From Candidatus Moranbacteria bacterium GW2011_GWC2_37_8 (GTDB taxonomy: Bacteria > Patescibacteriota > Minisyncoccia > Moranbacterales > GWC2-37-73), in assembly GCA_000992165.1 (NCBI GenBank), contig LBTS01000001.1:705-43406 (forward strand): 42,702 bases of DNA, given 5' to 3'. The position numbers and the translations under genes are program-made. The notes below the pieces were generated by a model, which had not been told where the DNA came from, did not search any database, and saw only the letters and a program-made list of their open reading frames with translations. Numbering within the stretch: position 1 is the stretch's first letter; each line of letters starts with the position of its first letter. This document shows positions 9,154 through 19,985 of this stretch, piece by piece.

Positions 9154-10902
9154 TTATTCTTTTGTTACTCTCATAACTTCTTCCAGAGAAGTTATGCCTG
9201 ATGCAGCTTTAATAAATCCATCCTCGCCCATGGTTTGCATCCCTTTTTCTCTTGCCCGCTTCTCTATATCATCGGATGATGCGTTAGATGTAATCAACTT
9301 ACCTATTTCCTCGTCCATTTCCAATACTTCATAAATACCTTGTCGTCCTTTATATCCCTCATTTGAACATTGTTCGCAACCTTTCGGTCTGTAAAAATCA
9401 ATATTTTTCCAATTGCTTTTAGCGTTTATTTCAGAAGCAAGTTGCGGAGTATCCTTAAGCATTTTCAAGATTTCATCCATATTAAAATTCGAACTTAAGG
9501 CAGCCACATCTTTTTCGTCCAGCTTATAACTAACTTTGCATTCATTGCAAAGTTTTCGTACAAGCCTTTGACCGATAACCACATTAACTGTTGATGCCAC
9601 CAAAAATGCTTCCGCACCCATATCCAAAAGACGAGGTAGTGTTCCTGCGGCGCTATTCGTATGCAAAGTTGAAAGTACTAAATGTCCAGTCATAGCGGCT
9701 TCTACTGCGATTTGCATGGTTTCGCTATCGCGAATTTCTCCAACCATAATAATATCAGGATCTTGACGCAAAAGACTTCTAAGTGCAGCTGCAAAAGTCA
9801 TTCCGATTTTTGCATTCACTTGAGTTTGATTGACTCTCATCATGCGATATTCGACCGGATCTTCTACTGTGCTAATATTCACCTCTGTCGTGTTCAAAAT
9901 ATCCATAACAGTATACAAAGTCGTTGTTTTTCCGCTGCCAGTAGGACCAGTAACTAAAACCATTCCATTAGGACGCTTGATGTGTCTATGCACGACTTCC
10001 AAGGCATTACCAGTAAGTCCCATTTTCTCCAAAGTCAAACCTTTTGATGTTTCATCAAGCAAACGCATAACTATTTTTTCACCTTCGAAAACAGGCAGAA
10101 TACTAACACGAAATGAAATCCTGTAGCCTTCCTTTTCTATTTTAAAACGTCCATCTTGAGGCAAGCGGTGTTCATCCAATTTCAAACTAGAAAGCACTTT
10201 GATACGAGCAACCAATCCTTCCATGACTTGCCGCGGAAGGGTCATAGCGTCGTGCAAGACGCCATCAATACGATACCTTACGCGTACTTCTTTTTCATCA
10301 GGCTCAATATGTATATCACTGGCTGATTGTAAGATTGCATGCTTAAGCAAAGTATCAACAATTCGTACAATCGGAAGATCTTGCGCTATTTTTTCCAAAT
10401 CATCAGCCTCTTCGCCAACCGCAACATTGTCAGAATCTTTACTGATGATATCTCCGAATTCCGCCTTAAGACTTTTCTCATATTGCCTTAAAATTGCCTT
10501 GATACTTTCATCACTAGTTAAACATGGCACAATTTTAAGACCAGTTTTTTTTCTGATAAAATCTATTGTTTGAATATCTTCAGGATTTTTCATGGCGACC
10601 TTCAGATCATTGCCATCCTTTTCAAAAGCTACGATTCCATATTTTTTAGCAATCGGCTCTGGAATTATCTGCAAGATATCAGCCGTAATTGTTTCTTTTT
10701 CAAGATTTACATACGGAATGCCAAGTATATAAGAATAAAGTTTACGAAGTTCAGTTTCGCTAACCAATTTTTTTTCCAACAATAAATCACCCAGCTTTTG
10801 GTTGGTTTCATTAGCAAGTTTAAAATTTTCATCGACAACTGCAACTTCCAGCAAATTTGAGTCGAGTAAAAATTCCTTGAGTTGTTTATTTTCAATCCTC
10901 AT
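9154..10902 (-). CDS. pilB: Type IV pilus extension ATPase PilB (GspE/PulE family)
   Basis: ASDIHIEP, Walker A GPTGSGKTT, RQDPDIIMVGEIRD, TLHTN, tetracysteine Zn motif. Confidence 0.96.
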   Translation of the reverse strand: MRIENKQLKEFLLDSNLLEVAVVDENFKLANETNQKLGDLLLEKKLVSETELRKLYSYILGIPYVNLEKETITADILQIIPEPIAKKYGIVAFEKDGNDLKVAMKNPEDIQTIDFIRKKTGLKIVPCLTSDESIKAILRQYEKSLKAEFGDIISKDSDNVAVGEEADDLEKIAQDLPIVRIVDTLLKHAILQSASDIHIEPDEKEVRVRYRIDGVLHDAMTLPRQVMEGLVARIKVLSSLKLDEHRLPQDGRFKIEKEGYRISFRVSILPVFEGEKIVMRLLDETSKGLTLEKMGLTGNALEVVHRHIKRPNGMVLVTGPTGSGKTTTLYTVMDILNTTEVNISTVEDPVEYRMMRVNQTQVNAKIGMTFAAALRSLLRQDPDIIMVGEIRDSETMQIAVEAAMTGHLVLSTLHTNSAAGTLPRLLDMGAEAFLVASTVNVVIGQRLVRKLCNECKVSYKLDEKDVAALSSNFNMDEILKMLKDTPQLASEINAKSNWKNIDFYRPKGCEQCSNEGYKGRQGIYEVLEMDEEIGKLITSNASSDDIEKRAREKGMQTMGEDGFIKAASGITSLEEVMRVTKE

Positions 10903-11059
10903 CTGTATTTATCTTATTTTTTGTATTTGTTTTCAATATTAACCAAACGAAAATACGAATTTATACAAATTTACGAATGTACAAAATTTGTATATTTGTC
11001 CCTAGGATAAGCCTGGGGCAAATAAATTTGTAATATATTTGTAATTTGTTTGAGTTAAT

Positions 11060-11434
11060 TTATTTTATATTGAGAATCTCTTTAATCTTAGCCGTAACCT
11101 CCTCAAGCTTATAATCTGCTTTAACTAGATATGTAGTAGCGCCCATCTCCAAAGCCTTCTCAACATCTGCAATACTTCCTAAATTTGTCAAAAGCACAAT
11201 TGGAATATGTTTAGATTCTTCATTTGCCTTCACTTCCTGAAGCACCTGATAACCGTCTTTTTTAGGCAAAACAATGTCCAACAATATTAAATCTGGTTTT
11301 TCAGAAATCGCCATCTTCACTCCCTCTTCACCATCAAGTGCGCACATGACTTCAAAACTTTCCGCAGTCAGATAAGAACTCAATGCTTTTTGCAAGACTG
11401 TATCATCTTCAATAATCAATAGCCTCTTGTTCAT
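11060..11434 (-). CDS. Single-domain response regulator (CheY-like receiver)
   Basis: IIEDD, DLILLDIVLP, LTN, YLVK; no output domain. Confidence 0.92.
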   Translation of the reverse strand: MNKRLLIIEDDTVLQKALSSYLTAESFEVMCALDGEEGVKMAISEKPDLILLDIVLPKKDGYQVLQEVKANEESKHIPIVLLTNLGSIADVEKALEMGATTYLVKADYKLEEVTAKIKEILNIK

Positions 11435-11462
11435 ATTAGTGCAGTTATTGAATTAAAATAAT

Positions 11463-12434
11463 TTATGCTTTCTTGGTTTGCACGGTTGGTAAAGTGAAAT
11501 AAAATTCACTACCTACGCCTTCTTCAGACTTAAACCAAAAACTTCCACCTGATTGCTCCACAATATTCTTAGCAATATAAAGACCAAGACCTGTACCATC
11601 AGTCTTATTTTTAATTGAATTATTGCTTCTAAAAAATTTCTGAGCAATCTTAGCTTGTTCAGATCTTGGAATACCCACGCCACTATCCCTAACACAAACC
11701 TGAACCATTCCATCTTTTTCTTCTAAAAATATTTCCACCACTCCGTGTCCGTCAATGTATTTTATAGCATTAGAAACTAAGTTATCAAATGCCACCAAAA
11801 TTCTACGTCTATCGATAATTATTTCAACTGGCCTAATCGGATAAGATTCTCTCAGCTCAACATTGAATGCTTTAGCTATTACTTGCTGTGCCTCAACAGC
11901 TTCCTTAACTAAAGCACAGATATCTATCTTTTCTTTATTAAGAGCTAATTGCCCCTGGTCAATGCGTGCTACATCCAAGAGGTCGTTCACGAGCCTACCC
12001 ATTTTCTCACTGGAACGAATTATTTCATTAATAATTTCAGATTGCTTAGCATCAAGTCCTTCAGAAAATTTTGATTGCAACAGCTCTATTTCCCAGTTTA
12101 TTTCTGCAATAGGAGTTTTTAATTGATGTGATGCTACTGAAACAAATTCGGTCTTCATCTTGTTAGCCTTCGCGATTTCTTCTACAGTCTTAATTATAAG
12201 ACTTCCGATAGTAAAAAGCAGACCTGTCACCGCTAATTCGCTAAGCGCCAATATTTCCGGAGAATTATAATTTGCTGAAACGATATAAACCCCACCCATC
12301 GCAGCTATAATAACCACACCCATCGCTATAAACAAAAAACTTGGAGTTTGCCAAACCTTAATACCTAATTCGTCAGCTTGCTTGACCAGATTAAATTCAT
12401 CAAAAATTCGTTGTTTGATTTTTTGAAATTTCAT
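11463..12434 (-). CDS. Membrane sensor histidine kinase (start MKFQ at 12434 preferred to 12515)
   Basis: Two TMs, H-box SHQLKTP, N-box NAIKY, DSGVGI, GTGLGL; the longer ORF would overlap the ychF terminator. Confidence 0.92.
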   Translation of the reverse strand: MKFQKIKQRIFDEFNLVKQADELGIKVWQTPSFLFIAMGVVIIAAMGGVYIVSANYNSPEILALSELAVTGLLFTIGSLIIKTVEEIAKANKMKTEFVSVASHQLKTPIAEINWEIELLQSKFSEGLDAKQSEIINEIIRSSEKMGRLVNDLLDVARIDQGQLALNKEKIDICALVKEAVEAQQVIAKAFNVELRESYPIRPVEIIIDRRRILVAFDNLVSNAIKYIDGHGVVEIFLEEKDGMVQVCVRDSGVGIPRSEQAKIAQKFFRSNNSIKNKTDGTGLGLYIAKNIVEQSGGSFWFKSEEGVGSEFYFTLPTVQTKKA

Positions 12435-12495
12435 TTTGTGAATGTTTTTGTTATTATCTTTCAAGATAATTATAGCACAAAAAAGCAAAACATAT

Positions 12496-12537
12496 AAACA
12501 GCAAAACCGCTGCATGAGCTAGCGGTTTTGCTGTTTT
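12496..12537 (-). terminator. Intrinsic terminator downstream of ychF
   Basis: 16-bp stem AAACAGCAAAACCGCT/AGCGGTTTTGCTGTTT. Confidence 0.75.
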
Positions 12538-12585
12538 GTATTTTCTAATGAAGCTAAAAGCTAACGAAGCTAATGAAGCTATTTT

Positions 12586-13638
12586 TTACACTTTAAACTC
12601 CACAACCTCACCATCACTCATAATATAGTCTTTTCCTACGGTCTTTACAGCACCAATTTCTTTCGCCTTTCCCCAAGAACCAATTTCCAAAAGCTTATCC
12701 CACATAATAACATCAGCTCGAATGAATTTTTCTTTGAAATCAGTGTGGATTGCAGCGCCAGCCTCAGGCGCAGTAGAACCCTTTTTTATTGTCCAAGCTC
12801 GGGTTTCAATTTTTCCAGTCGTGAGAAAAGTTTCCAGCCCTAAAAGATCATACGCTTCAACAATTAATTGATTAATATTGGAAGTTAACCCCATTTCTTC
12901 GATTTCTTCTTGGCTCATTTCAATTAGTTCTTCCTCAATCTTAATATCCAATTTCACATGTCTCCTATTTTCCAGAATATCCGGCAATTTTTCATTCACA
13001 TCACTGACATTATAAACATACAGAAATGGTTTCATTGTCAGCAATTGAAATTCTTTAACAGCAATTTTAGTATTCAAATCATCCCAATCCAAATCGGCAG
13101 TATTTGCCAAAAGTCCTTTCTCTAAAACATGTTTGATTTTTTCCGCCACACTTAATTTGAACTGCGCTTCCTTATCATTCCCACGAGCATCCTTAGCCAG
13201 TTTTTCCATTCTCTTGATTACGCTTTCCAAATCAGCCAAAATAAGCTCAGTATTGATAATTTCAATATCTTCCAAAGGATCAACCTTGTTGTGAACATGG
13301 GTAATATTGGAGTTTTCAAAAACCCTGACTACCTGCGCAATAGCATCAACTTCGCGAATATTAGCCAAAAATTTGTTACCCAAGCCTTCGCCAACGCTTG
13401 CGCCCTTCACAATTCCTGCAATATCCACAAATTCAACCACTGCCGGCACGATTTTTTCAGTTTCAGACATTTCAGAAAGCTTATTCAGGCGATCATCCGG
13501 CACCTTCACCACACCAACATTCGGCTCTATGGTGCAGAATGGATAGTTGCTAATTTCAACCGGATTTTTAGTTAGAGCCTTAAAAAGCGTGGATTTCCCC
13601 ACGTTTGGCAGTCCTACTATACCTATTTGTAAAGCCAT
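12586..13638 (-). CDS. ychF: Ribosome-binding ATPase YchF
   Basis: GIVGLPNVGKST, YPFCTIEPN, DIAG, C-terminal TGS domain. Confidence 0.97.
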   Translation of the reverse strand: MALQIGIVGLPNVGKSTLFKALTKNPVEISNYPFCTIEPNVGVVKVPDDRLNKLSEMSETEKIVPAVVEFVDIAGIVKGASVGEGLGNKFLANIREVDAIAQVVRVFENSNITHVHNKVDPLEDIEIINTELILADLESVIKRMEKLAKDARGNDKEAQFKLSVAEKIKHVLEKGLLANTADLDWDDLNTKIAVKEFQLLTMKPFLYVYNVSDVNEKLPDILENRRHVKLDIKIEEELIEMSQEEIEEMGLTSNINQLIVEAYDLLGLETFLTTGKIETRAWTIKKGSTAPEAGAAIHTDFKEKFIRADVIMWDKLLEIGSWGKAKEIGAVKTVGKDYIMSDGEVVEFKV

Positions 13639-13929
13639 AAATAAAAGTTTATAAAGTTAGAAAGTCCATCAAGTTCATAAAGTACAATACAGCAAATCCA
13701 GGAAATAAGCAATAAAAAAAAGGACATTTATTCAACATCCCTTATGCAAGCAAAAAAATAGACGCTTAACCATATCCATATATTATACACCTAAATCAAT
13801 ATAAAGTCAACTATAACTTAGCTATTCTATTCATATCTTTACTCCCTTTCCAATTTATCGCATACATGTTATAAATACTTGATGCATTTTGCACCCATAC
13901 ATAATACACACTACCAAATACATAATACT

Positions 13930-15111
13930 ATGCTGCAAGACCACATACTCTGCCATTATGGAGAAATTGCCCTTAAAGGCAAAAACCGCAATTATTTTGA
14001 GTGGCACTTGATTGAAAATATCAAAGACAGACTTGATGCTTTTTCACCAAGCAGTTTTGAATATGTCAAAAAAATGTCGGGTGGAATTTTGATAAAATTA
14101 AATGAAAAAGGCATTGCCAACAGCTCTCTCATTGAAGATGCCCTCCAGCACACCTTTGGGATTGTAAATTTTTCATTCGCAGCCAGCGTCGAGCAAGATA
14201 TTGAAATTCTCAAAAATACCTGTTGGGAGCTTATTCAAAATGAAAATTTTGAAACTTTCCGCGTTAAAACACAACGTTCCAATAAGCTATTTCCAATGAC
14301 CAGTGAAGAAATAAATAGAAAAGTCGGCGGATTTATTTTTGATAAGTTCGAAGGAAAAAAATCAGTAAGCCTTAAAAATGCAGATTGTGAATGTTTCATA
14401 ATTATCATCAATAAGTTAGCATTGATAACCTTGCGCAAAATTCAAGGTCCAGGAGGATTGCCAATTGGAACCGGAGGAAAAGCTATGGTACTTATGTCAG
14501 GTGGGTTTGATTCCCCGGTTGCTGCCTGGTATTTACTCAAGCGCGGCGTTTCAACACGATTTGCTCACTTTCATTCAATTCCATATACTTCTCGAGAATC
14601 ATTAGAAAAAGTCACTGATTTAATAAAGGTTCTAAAAAAATTCAAATCTTCTTCTGTGATGTATTCGATTCCCTTCGCAGATGTTCAAAAAGAAATAATG
14701 ATGAAATGTCCAGCCTCACTTCGAGTTATTTTGTATCGCCGCATGATGATGAGAATTGCCGATGTTCTAGCAAAAAAAGAAAAGGCTTTGGCATTGATTA
14801 CGGGTGACAGCGTTGGACAAGTAGCATCGCAAACATTGGAAAATATTTTAGCTGTCAGCCAAGCTGCAACGTTGCCAATTTTCCGCCCTCTTATCGGAAT
14901 GGACAAAGAAGAAATTATGGAAAAAGCTCGCCAAATTGGCACTTATGATATTTCCAAGCTTCCCCATGATGATTGCTGCACGCGTCTTATGCCGAAAAAT
15001 CCTGAAACGAGAGCAAAACTTCCAGAAGTTCTTGAAGCTGAAAAAGCTTTGGATATTGAAAAAATAATTTTCGAAACAATTCAAAAAACCGAAAAAATAA
15101 TGGTAAACTAA
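13930..15111 (+). CDS. thiI: tRNA 4-thiouridine synthase ThiI (THUMP + PP-loop, no rhodanese domain)
   Basis: HYGEIALKGKNR, SGGFDS, GQVASQTL, DCC; ATG at 13930. Confidence 0.95.
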   Translation: MLQDHILCHYGEIALKGKNRNYFEWHLIENIKDRLDAFSPSSFEYVKKMSGGILIKLNEKGIANSSLIEDALQHTFGIVNFSFAASVEQDIEILKNTCWELIQNENFETFRVKTQRSNKLFPMTSEEINRKVGGFIFDKFEGKKSVSLKNADCECFIIIINKLALITLRKIQGPGGLPIGTGGKAMVLMSGGFDSPVAAWYLLKRGVSTRFAHFHSIPYTSRESLEKVTDLIKVLKKFKSSSVMYSIPFADVQKEIMMKCPASLRVILYRRMMMRIADVLAKKEKALALITGDSVGQVASQTLENILAVSQAATLPIFRPLIGMDKEEIMEKARQIGTYDISKLPHDDCCTRLMPKNPETRAKLPEVLEAEKALDIEKIIFETIQKTEKIMVN

Positions 15112-15127
15112 CATAAAATTCCCAACT

Positions 15128-15306
15128 AATAAAAGGTATTATACCCCAGGGCAGGCCCTGGACCCTTTGGGCCCGCGTTGCAGAGCTGCAAGATATTAGA
15201 CCTTTTGGTATCTGCGCTCCCGCCCACTTCGATACGCGAAGCGTTTCGGGCAGGCGTTCGGAAGTGAAAAATACTAATTTTTCACTTCGCTTGATACTAA
15301 AAAATG
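15128..15306. repeat. Structured dispersed repeat, copy 1, with a 36-bp nested insert at 15220-15255
   Basis: Aligns with 33191-33344; several hairpins. Confidence 0.85.
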
Positions 15307-15346
15307 AGCCTTAATGGCTCATTTTTACTTACAGAAAAAGGAATAT

Positions 15347-16120
15347 TTATTCTTTGCAATTTCCCTCAGATTTAACACCGCAAACACTGACTGGTTTTTC
15401 TTCTATAAACTCATCATCTTGGCAATTATTACATCTTCTAATCTCTCTGGCTCGAAATTCATATTCTCCATTCTTTTCACCTATCACCTTAATTATTTTG
15501 CCATTTTCTTCTAATTTTTTATTTTCCCATTTCACGTTTAAATCATCGACAATCCATTTTTTACCATCCTCATCCCTAACAATCAATTTTTCAGTTTCTT
15601 CATCAATATCAATAATCTTTCCTGTAAGCAGACCTTTTTCTGGTTGCAGCCAAAGTTCATTGCGCGCTCTATGCTTATATTGGTCATAAAATGGTGACAT
15701 TCTAGACATAATATTATCAGTTTGCTTCCCAAGACCTACAACATAAAAGATACTGCCAAAGACAACACTTAATGCAATACTTCCCAATACAATCCATCTT
15801 CTTCTATAGTGGTATCCAATCTTAGTGCATCTCCAATTAAAATATGCTGAAATTGCAAAAAGTATTAAAGTTAGCAGCCAAAAAAATGGTACCAGCATTA
15901 AGGCTGAATTAAGCAGACCTCCTTGCAAATGATCTACTATATCCAAATCTCCAGATTCAACGAAATGCATAATGACACTAAAAGAAAGGCTACCTAGAAC
16001 CATAGAGGCAAAAAATAAAGTCCAAAAAGCGTAACTCTTAAACAAAAAATGCCACCTTGGAACAGGCGTTATGCGGTCGCATTTAATTTTTCCAATAATA
16101 CTTTCGCTTAATTTCGTCAT
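15347..16120 (-). CDS. Three-TM membrane protein, candidate anti-sigma factor
   Basis: Directly downstream of the ECF sigma gene; TM helices plus a beta-rich C-terminal domain. Confidence 0.55.
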   Translation of the reverse strand: MTKLSESIIGKIKCDRITPVPRWHFLFKSYAFWTLFFASMVLGSLSFSVIMHFVESGDLDIVDHLQGGLLNSALMLVPFFWLLTLILFAISAYFNWRCTKIGYHYRRRWIVLGSIALSVVFGSIFYVVGLGKQTDNIMSRMSPFYDQYKHRARNELWLQPEKGLLTGKIIDIDEETEKLIVRDEDGKKWIVDDLNVKWENKKLEENGKIIKVIGEKNGEYEFRAREIRRCNNCQDDEFIEEKPVSVCGVKSEGNCKE

Positions 16121-16195
16121 CCCCGTAATAATAATTCGAATGAGCGTTGCTCAATGCAGAATCTAAATAAAATTTAACTAACAAACCAATACGAG

Positions 16196-16792
16196 CTATT
16201 CCTTGTGATTTTTAAGTGAATTCTCCTTAAATTGTTTTTTTGCTCTATTAATCAAGGTGGCCACTGTTCCCATCGGCTTTTGTAAAATATCAGAAATTTC
16301 CTTATAATCCTTTTCTTCCAAAAATTTCAAAACTAGAACTTCTCTATATCTTGAGTCTAATTGACTAATGGTTTGTCTGACTTGCTCAGCAGTATATTTT
16401 TTTTCAAGATTTCGAGCAATATCCTCTTCACTGGCTAGTATATTCAAGAGCTGCGAATCTCCCTCATAAGTCATTGTCTTAGGACGAGCTGTCACTTTTC
16501 TAAAGTGGCTGATAACTTTATTGTGCGCTATTCGATATATCCAAGATGAGAATTTCAAATTCTGATCAAAATCATTAAGATTTTTATAGGCACTCAGAAA
16601 AACATCTTGCAAAGTGTCTTCAGCATCCTCTCGAGAGCCTGCTGAAATACGCATAATATATCTTAAGAGTTTTTCTTCATATCTTTCAACAATGAAGACG
16701 TACGCATCAGGATTATCGAGTGTCCGCTGAACCAATTGCTCATCAGTCATTTCCTGAACATTATTAAGTTTTATTTCCTGACTTTTTTTCAT
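16196..16792 (-). CDS. ECF RNA polymerase sigma factor
   Basis: DAEDTLQDVF, FSSWIYRIAHN, region 4 YKEISDIL..PMGTVATLINRAK; start assigned to MKKS. Confidence 0.93.
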   Translation of the reverse strand: MKKSQEIKLNNVQEMTDEQLVQRTLDNPDAYVFIVERYEEKLLRYIMRISAGSREDAEDTLQDVFLSAYKNLNDFDQNLKFSSWIYRIAHNKVISHFRKVTARPKTMTYEGDSQLLNILASEEDIARNLEKKYTAEQVRQTISQLDSRYREVLVLKFLEEKDYKEISDILQKPMGTVATLINRAKKQFKENSLKNHKE

Positions 16793-16982
16793 TATATAAA
16801 CCAGGCGCGTACAAGTATTCTTACGCAATTGCAATCAGTGTCCTTTCATACTTGCTGGTGCGCGCCCAAATTAATAGGTGACCCAATGCATTAATATCCT
16901 TTTATATCTAACATACTATACCACTCATTACTAAAAAAGAAAAGGCATTCCTAGCCTTTTCTTTAATCTTTATTATTTATTT

Positions 16983-18776
16983 TTATGACTTCAAGTAAAG
17001 TTCCTTGGCCTTGCTTATATATTGCTGAATAGTTTTCATGCCGCTTTCCCAGAAATCATTGCTTTCTAAGTTTATCTCAAAAAGTGAAGCTAGCTGCTGC
17101 GGAGTTCGTGAGCCCGTATATTCAAGAAATTCGCGGTAATTTTCGATTAACTTCTGAGGATTTTCCTTCATTTTTTCAATCAGACCAAAGGCCAACAATT
17201 CGCCAAAGGCATATGCATAAACATAAAATGGCGTTGCTGTGAAATGAGCAATATACTTCCACCAATTATCATATCCTTCAGTCAACACAATGGAATCACC
17301 AAACATCTGCTGCTGCCGGCTTCTCCAAATCTGATTTATCCTCTCTTTTGATAATTCTCCCTTTTCCCTATACTCGTTATGAAAATCCTGTTCGAAACGG
17401 TACATAGAAATTTGCCGCTGAACACTGGCAAAGATGCTTTCAATCTTTTGCATGTAAAGTCCAAGCTGAACATTCTTATCATCAGAGATTGAAACCAATT
17501 TTGAAAAGGTCAGCGTTTCAGCAAAAATGCTGGCGGTCTCAGCTAAAGTGAGAGGACAATCGAAATTTACTACAGATTGTTTTCTGGAAAGATGAAAGTG
17601 GATAGCATGTCCAAGTTCATGCGCAAGCGTCATGACATCATTGGTGCTTCCCGTGAAATTCACAAAGACATATGGATGCATTTCCGGAGTTGCACATTCG
17701 CAATAAGCACCGCCCCTCTTCCCATGGGATACAGACGCATCAATCCAATTTTTATCAAAAAAATCCTGTGCAATTTCAGCAAAACGAGGATCAAATTCCT
17801 CAAAAGCACTCAGCACGATTTCCCTTGCCTCTTCAAATGAATACTTCTTGCCAGAAGTCTTCAAAGGCGCGTAACGGTCATAGTCAAATATCTTTTCTAA
17901 TCCTAAAACTTCTTTTTTAAAAACATAATACTGCTGAACTAAACCATAAAACTTCTCAACAATCCTACACATTGCTTCAATGGATTCAGGACTGGCTTGA
18001 TTTTTCAGGTGTCGGTCTTGCTCTGGAAAAGTAAATCCTCGAAGACTATCTTCAATTTTTTTATCCTCTGCCAACGTGTTCATTACGAAAGTTAAAACAT
18101 CTTCCTTTTGAATAAGTCCCTTCGTAAAAGACTTTGCTGCTTGGGCCCTGTTTTCTTGATTCTTATTAGAATAAAGGATGTTTAAAATCTCAGACTGCGT
18201 CATTTGCACAATTTTACCGTCAATTGTAAGTTGAAATTTCTGCCTGGAAAGCTCTTGATCAAACAACCTCACAAATGCCTGCCTGCCAGTCAATCCCTTC
18301 ATTTCCATTACTCGCTCTTCAGCTTCGCTCAGTCTAAATGGTTTCCACACCAACAATCTCTCAAAATAATGTTTGTAATCCACGAGCATTTCACTATCTA
18401 TCAGTCTGCTAAATACATCTTCGGAAAATTTTGTGATTTCAAGTTCAAAAAAAATTAATTCTGAAATAATTTCTGCAACTTTTGTTCTAATGTTTTGCAA
18501 AAATGCTCCATTAGCCGGCGATAATGAATCAACAGTAAATGTAAGTTCCGCATATGCTTGCGGCTTGATTGCATCCGATAAAATTGATTCGTATTCCTTA
18601 ATGATAGGGAGCAGCTGCGACGGCTCAGAAAAAGCTGCTAATTTATCTCGATATTTTTCCTTGAAATTTTTTGCACGCTTGGAAGTTTCATTAATAATCA
18701 CCTCTATCTTTGGATCACTTACCGAGGAAAATAAATCGGACAAATCCCACGATGGTATATTTTCAATATTTTTCAT
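16983..18776 (-). CDS. pepF: M3B-family oligoendopeptidase F
   Basis: WDLSDLF, GKRGGAYC, HELGH, AETAS, HF...FYVYAYAFG; start assigned to MKNI. Confidence 0.9.
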   Translation of the reverse strand: MKNIENIPSWDLSDLFSSVSDPKIEVIINETSKRAKNFKEKYRDKLAAFSEPSQLLPIIKEYESILSDAIKPQAYAELTFTVDSLSPANGAFLQNIRTKVAEIISELIFFELEITKFSEDVFSRLIDSEMLVDYKHYFERLLVWKPFRLSEAEERVMEMKGLTGRQAFVRLFDQELSRQKFQLTIDGKIVQMTQSEILNILYSNKNQENRAQAAKSFTKGLIQKEDVLTFVMNTLAEDKKIEDSLRGFTFPEQDRHLKNQASPESIEAMCRIVEKFYGLVQQYYVFKKEVLGLEKIFDYDRYAPLKTSGKKYSFEEAREIVLSAFEEFDPRFAEIAQDFFDKNWIDASVSHGKRGGAYCECATPEMHPYVFVNFTGSTNDVMTLAHELGHAIHFHLSRKQSVVNFDCPLTLAETASIFAETLTFSKLVSISDDKNVQLGLYMQKIESIFASVQRQISMYRFEQDFHNEYREKGELSKERINQIWRSRQQQMFGDSIVLTEGYDNWWKYIAHFTATPFYVYAYAFGELLAFGLIEKMKENPQKLIENYREFLEYTGSRTPQQLASLFEINLESNDFWESGMKTIQQYISKAKELYLKS

Positions 18777-18792
18777 ATAATCTATTGTCTTA

Positions 18793-19917
18793 TTATTTAA
18801 TGACCCGCGGTAGCATCGCAAACACGCGCGTGGTTATTTCATAATTAATGCTGCCAATATGGGCAGCAATCTCTTCGGCTGTAATTTCTTCATCTTCTTG
18901 TTTTCCTAAAAGTACTACTTCATCTTCAAGAGCAATCTTATCAAGATGAGACACATCAACCACGAACATGTTCATTGCAATCCTTCCTAAAACTTTGCAA
19001 CGACTTCCATTAATCAGGACTTCGCCAATATTAGAAAGTCCTCTATCGTAACCGTCACTATAACCTTGAGGAATAACTGCTATTTTAGTCTGTTTGGATG
19101 TTATATATGTCAGACCATATCCGATCGAATAATTTTCCGGCAAAGTTTTAATCTGAGCAACATGCGTGACCCAGCGCATTACTGGTTTTAATTTGAAAGA
19201 CTCGCTTTCAAATCTTTCTTTCAATTCTTCTGAAGGCCACATGCCATATATTCCTAAACCAGCTCTCACAATCGAGGATTTTCCTTGTGCATTTTCATAC
19301 ACCATTATTCCTGAGCTTGCAGAAATGTGTGTTTGCAAATCGCTGTATCCATTTTTTTCAAATATTTTCACTGCCTGAGTAAAAGAATCTATTTGTTTTT
19401 GTGCATGAGAAAAATCCGATGTGTCTTCAATATTTGCAAAGTGTGAATAGATTCCATCAACAACGATATTCGAGCAATCAGCAAGCACATCAATAATTTT
19501 TTGCACGTTTTCAATCAAAACCCCTTGTCTTCCCAGGCATGCATCTATTTTCAAATGCACGGATACCTTTTTATTGAGTCCTGCCGAAATTTCATTAAGT
19601 GAAAATATCTGTCCTTCATCATAAACACTAAAAATTCCCTCATTCCCAATAACACTAGGCATTTCTTCTTTGGAAACAAATCCTAGCACCAAGGTAGGCT
19701 TTTGTGAAACTTGCCTAAGCAGTTCCAATTCACGTGCGTCATCCACTTGAAAATAATCAGCGTCATCTTCCAATATTTGAACCACTTCATTTTGCCCATG
19801 GCCATAAGCATTAGCCTTAATAACGGCAGCGATTTTTACCCCTGGTTTTACCAAGGATTTCATTGCCTCAAAATTATTTAGAAGATTTTCTTTGGATATT
19901 TCAATATATGAAAGCAT
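18793..19917 (-). CDS. alr: Alanine racemase
   Basis: AVIKANAYGHG PLP-lysine motif, GIYSHFA, GYSDG, INYE. Confidence 0.96.
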   Translation of the reverse strand: MLSYIEISKENLLNNFEAMKSLVKPGVKIAAVIKANAYGHGQNEVVQILEDDADYFQVDDARELELLRQVSQKPTLVLGFVSKEEMPSVIGNEGIFSVYDEGQIFSLNEISAGLNKKVSVHLKIDACLGRQGVLIENVQKIIDVLADCSNIVVDGIYSHFANIEDTSDFSHAQKQIDSFTQAVKIFEKNGYSDLQTHISASSGIMVYENAQGKSSIVRAGLGIYGMWPSEELKERFESESFKLKPVMRWVTHVAQIKTLPENYSIGYGLTYITSKQTKIAVIPQGYSDGYDRGLSNIGEVLINGSRCKVLGRIAMNMFVVDVSHLDKIALEDEVVLLGKQEDEEITAEEIAAHIGSINYEITTRVFAMLPRVIK

Positions 19918-19985
19918 GCCATCGGTCGTCAGTCATCAGTCACTCGTCATCAGTAACAGAAGCTGAAATTATTTTTAATTACTAG

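Noticed and set aside
9075..9155. Short repeat arrays as CRISPR
   Set aside because: Units are 7-9 nt with no unique spacers, and there are no cas genes.
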